From: an uncultured Chthonomonadaceae bacterium
GTDB taxonomy: Bacteria > Armatimonadota > Chthonomonadetes > Chthonomonadales > Chthonomonadaceae
Direction of reading: 5' to 3'
Length of the DNA: 64,000 nucleotides
NCBI GenBank assembly: GCA_963817895.1
Contig: CAWFQB010000002.1
Coordinates: forward strand, 96,001 to 160,000
The position numbers were made by a program, and so were the translations under genes. Shown here piece after piece: positions 61,382 to 64,000 of the stretch (the first letter of the stretch is position 1; each line of letters begins with the position of its first letter). The notes below the pieces were generated by a model. The model was given only the letters and a program-made list of their open reading frames with translations, did no database searches and was not told where the DNA came from.

Positions 61382-63118
61382 CTAATCCACTGCTGTGATA
61401 GTTCGCTCTCCTGTATAGCGTGCGTCATGCAGGGGCGCGAGAAACACACGCTTGCCATTCGCGTCCGTGTACTTCATTGTCACCCGCACAAACCTTCTTA
61501 GCCCGCCGCTGCGCGGCACCAATTCTCCGGTCGTGACATTGGCATCTACCCGCTCGACAGTCAACAGAACCAACTGGCGCAACTCCTCGCGTTTCGGCTC
61601 CCCGCTTCCATCCGCCAGCGCCCGGACAGCATCGAGGGCGGTAGGCTGCGCTTCCTCGCGTTCCCCCGCCATGATCGTTTCGCGCTCCTGCGCAAGCGCC
61701 CGATACTCCCGGTCGTAATCCACTTCCTCAACCCGTCCCTGGGTGTAGAGTTTGAGCAGTCGCGCGATCTCCTCGTCTATCTGTTCCAGTGTGCGTGTGT
61801 GCTTTCGGGCAGGCTTGCGGGCGGGTTTATTCGGCTTGGTCTTGGGTAAAAACTCCAGAAAATGGCGGACGACGCGCAGTACGGCATCGTGCATCACGTC
61901 GGCGGTGACTTGTGTGCCTGCGTCGTGCTTGGTTGGATTGGTGCGCCATAACGCGCATTCGTAGGCGTGCCGCCCGCATCCCTTGTCCCGCGCCGTCATG
62001 CGCTGTCCGCAGGTACACCACGTAACGCCGCTCACCAGATAGTCGGTGTCCGTGCTGAGGTGGGTGTTTTTCCGCTTGGCCTTGTTGGTTGCCCAGGTGT
62101 TCCCCGTCTTCCCCAGTGCGTCAGGCAGGGGCGCTTTGCGGTAGAGCGCCTGCACATGGCGCAGTTGCTTGGCCTCCTCCTCACTTATGATCTGTGGAAA
62201 GTAATTGGGTATTTCTACCCGGTCGTGATCGCCTTTGGGGAGGTCGTGGTTGATGAAGGCGGTTCCCAACATCCGCTCGATCCATTCGTCCTCCATGTAT
62301 TTCCAAATTTTGTCTGGTCGCCACAAATTACCTCTAGGTGTTCGGTATCCTTCAGCATTCAGGCGGCGTGTGATCGTTGTCTGACCGCCCTGGCCTGTCA
62401 CCCGCAATTCGATCATGCGCCGTATAGCCTCAACCGTGGGGCCGTGCGGCAGGATTACGCCGTTGTCCCTATACAGCCAAACGGGGAGGGCCATATTCGG
62501 CAGCGATACGTCTTCGGGACGGCCCTGAGCGATGGCCTCCGCGCTTGCTTTGGCACGCTTAGTGATGCTGTCAGAAATGTATTCGCCGATCTCCTCCGCC
62601 TGCATTTGTGCCACTGCCAGCATGATCGTCCGCACCATTTTCCCAGCCGCCGTGGTGGGGTCAATGCTGTCCGAAACAAACGCCAACTGCACACCAGTGG
62701 CTTCAAACGCATCTATCAGGTCAAGCGCCTCACGCACATTGCGGGCCAAGCGGCTGATTTTGTAGAAAATTAAAAATTGGAACTCGCCCCGCTTCGCTGC
62801 CTCGTAATGAGCCATCATCCCTGGCCTCGAACGCCAGGGCTTCCGGCCCGACACGTCCAAGTCACGATATTTCCATGAATTCTCTTTATCAAATGTCCAA
62901 TCCCTGATAGCGCAGAAATGTTCGGCTTTTGATAGTTGGACGCCGGGGCTGACAATTCCACGGCTGGCGTATGCCTCCTCATTCCGTTCCTCGCCGCTGC
63001 TCTCCGCCGCTATTTCGCGCTTCTTGTCGGCCTGGATATGGCTCACGCGGATCGCCGTCCGCGCGACGGGTTGCGCCTGCGTCTCGCGCTCCTGTTGTGT
63101 ATATCTTCGTCTCGCCAA
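61382..63118 (-). CDS. Large serine recombinase (integrase)
   Basis: AIRVS, SG..RPG, YKISRLARN, RRLNAEGYRTPRG, PQIISEE, zinc ribbon WCTCG..M..YEC, coiled coil; TTG start after GGAG. Confidence 0.92.
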   Translation of the reverse strand: MARRRYTQQERETQAQPVARTAIRVSHIQADKKREIAAESSGEERNEEAYASRGIVSPGVQLSKAEHFCAIRDWTFDKENSWKYRDLDVSGRKPWRSRPGMMAHYEAAKRGEFQFLIFYKISRLARNVREALDLIDAFEATGVQLAFVSDSIDPTTAAGKMVRTIMLAVAQMQAEEIGEYISDSITKRAKASAEAIAQGRPEDVSLPNMALPVWLYRDNGVILPHGPTVEAIRRMIELRVTGQGGQTTITRRLNAEGYRTPRGNLWRPDKIWKYMEDEWIERMLGTAFINHDLPKGDHDRVEIPNYFPQIISEEEAKQLRHVQALYRKAPLPDALGKTGNTWATNKAKRKNTHLSTDTDYLVSGVTWCTCGQRMTARDKGCGRHAYECALWRTNPTKHDAGTQVTADVMHDAVLRVVRHFLEFLPKTKPNKPARKPARKHTRTLEQIDEEIARLLKLYTQGRVEEVDYDREYRALAQERETIMAGEREEAQPTALDAVRALADGSGEPKREELRQLVLLTVERVDANVTTGELVPRSGGLRRFVRVTMKYTDANGKRVFLAPLHDARYTGERTITAVD

Positions 63119-63246
63119 TAAATTTCTCCGAACCCAATTCCCATGTGTGCCATTTCCCATTGATAGGCACGAGCATAGCATACAGTTTCGCGCGGGGGGT
63201 CTATATGCTTGCGCGGGAAACAAGTCTATCACCCTGGAATTGAGCA

Positions 63247-63452
63247 TGAGTAACACGCTTATTGTACCCGACACCGCCGAGCCGCAACGCTCTTACGATG
63301 ATGCCATATACGCACACATACCCGCAGACGCCCGCGCTGCACTTCGGGCAAGCGGCGACGTGATTAGCCGCTTTCTTGCCAGTCCCCTGGGACGGCGTGA
63401 AGCAAAGACATCTACGCCGAAAGCACGTACCATCAAACCCTACGCTAATTAG
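63247..63452 (+). CDS. Small hypothetical protein divergent from the integrase
   Basis: ATG AGT AAC... MSNTLIVPDT; 67 aa; no recognisable motif. Confidence 0.35.
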
Positions 63453-63549
63453 TGTAGGGTTTGATTTGTTGTAGTGGGAGGATTTTACCGCAGGCGCGGC
63501 GAACGATGGGATCAAACTTTGATCCCATCGTTCGCTTGAAGGACTGGAA

Positions 63550-63891
63550 ATGGACGAATACAAAACAGGCATGATCAACGCCCACCTTTCCCTTATGAGG
63601 GATGCCCAAGAAGATATTGGCTTCGCACGCCGCACGCAAGATGACGTGGCGGCAGCGGAAGATGCCATGCGCGATGCTTCCTCAAAAGTCTATTCCGAGA
63701 TCAAAACCGCTGTGGATGAGGGCTTTGTGGTTTTTGTCCACCGGCGCGGTGGCGAAGCAGAACATATCGTCCAGATCGGCGGCTTTGATGCCAACATGCA
63801 CAGTTTTTTGTACTCGCCATCTACCACAGTTGCGCCCTATCGGATTTGTAATTTGCAAATCGCTGACAACGTGGAAATATCAGAGCCATGA
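63550..63891 (+). CDS. Hypothetical element-borne protein
   Basis: AAGGA RBS; 113 aa; its stop overlaps the next ATG (ATGA). Confidence 0.6.
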   Translation: MDEYKTGMINAHLSLMRDAQEDIGFARRTQDDVAAAEDAMRDASSKVYSEIKTAVDEGFVVFVHRRGGEAEHIVQIGGFDANMHSFLYSPSTTVAPYRICNLQIADNVEISEP

Positions 63892-64000
63892 ACATGAAAA
63901 CACGAGAAGATAGGCAGTTGACGCGGCACATGCGCCCGCGCCTGCACAGTGAGCATTATGGAATCGTGGCCCTCACTGTCGCTGTCGGGCTGTACCTACT
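63888..64000 (+). CDS. Hypothetical membrane protein, 3' end outside window
   Basis: ATGA overlap; MNMKTRED...GIVALTVAVGLYL open to the end of the window. Confidence 0.4.
   Translation, partial: MNMKTREDRQLTRHMRPRLHSEHYGIVALTVAVGLYL

Larger units (their letters stand above)
61315..64000. mobile_element. Left end of an integrative element or prophage inserted in comM
   Basis: Junction at CTGGACGA|CTTC; recombinase gene converges on the junction; small unknown ORFs follow; runs off the window. Confidence 0.8.

Overview
Bacterial chromosomal window, about 60% GC by eye. Gene content (SLH protein, PEP-CTERM protein, TolC, DUF1501, FliA/WhiG, heptamer-repeat-rich intergenic DNA) suggests a diderm Terrabacteria lineage such as Armatimonadota; this is inference only. 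It is mostly housekeeping and envelope genes (glnA, RND efflux operon, aldB, fba, hisF, fliA, hslU, uppP, murA, mreB). Many genes, including essential ones, are split by single-base indels, which most likely are sequencing or assembly errors. Main points of interest: (1) a CAU-anticodon tRNA, most likely Ile2, interrupted after U33 by a 270-nt group I intron that the ORF track misses; (2) a TolC with a ~210-aa Gly/Thr extracellular-loop insertion, partnered with an extra-long MFP and an insert-bearing RND, with the operon bracketed by a 31-bp inverted repeat; (3) a pervasive family of 7-10-bp tandem-repeat palindromes that invade coding frames and host an IS630 and a MITE; (4) comM cut at its Walker B motif by an element carrying a large serine recombinase, which runs off the right edge; (5) three toxin-antitoxin-type loci, a His1-variant phospholipase C/P1-nuclease-like secreted protein, and a GHMP kinase-UDP-sugar pyrophosphorylase fusion. 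No CRISPR array or rRNA was seen. All family calls come from motif recognition, without database searches.
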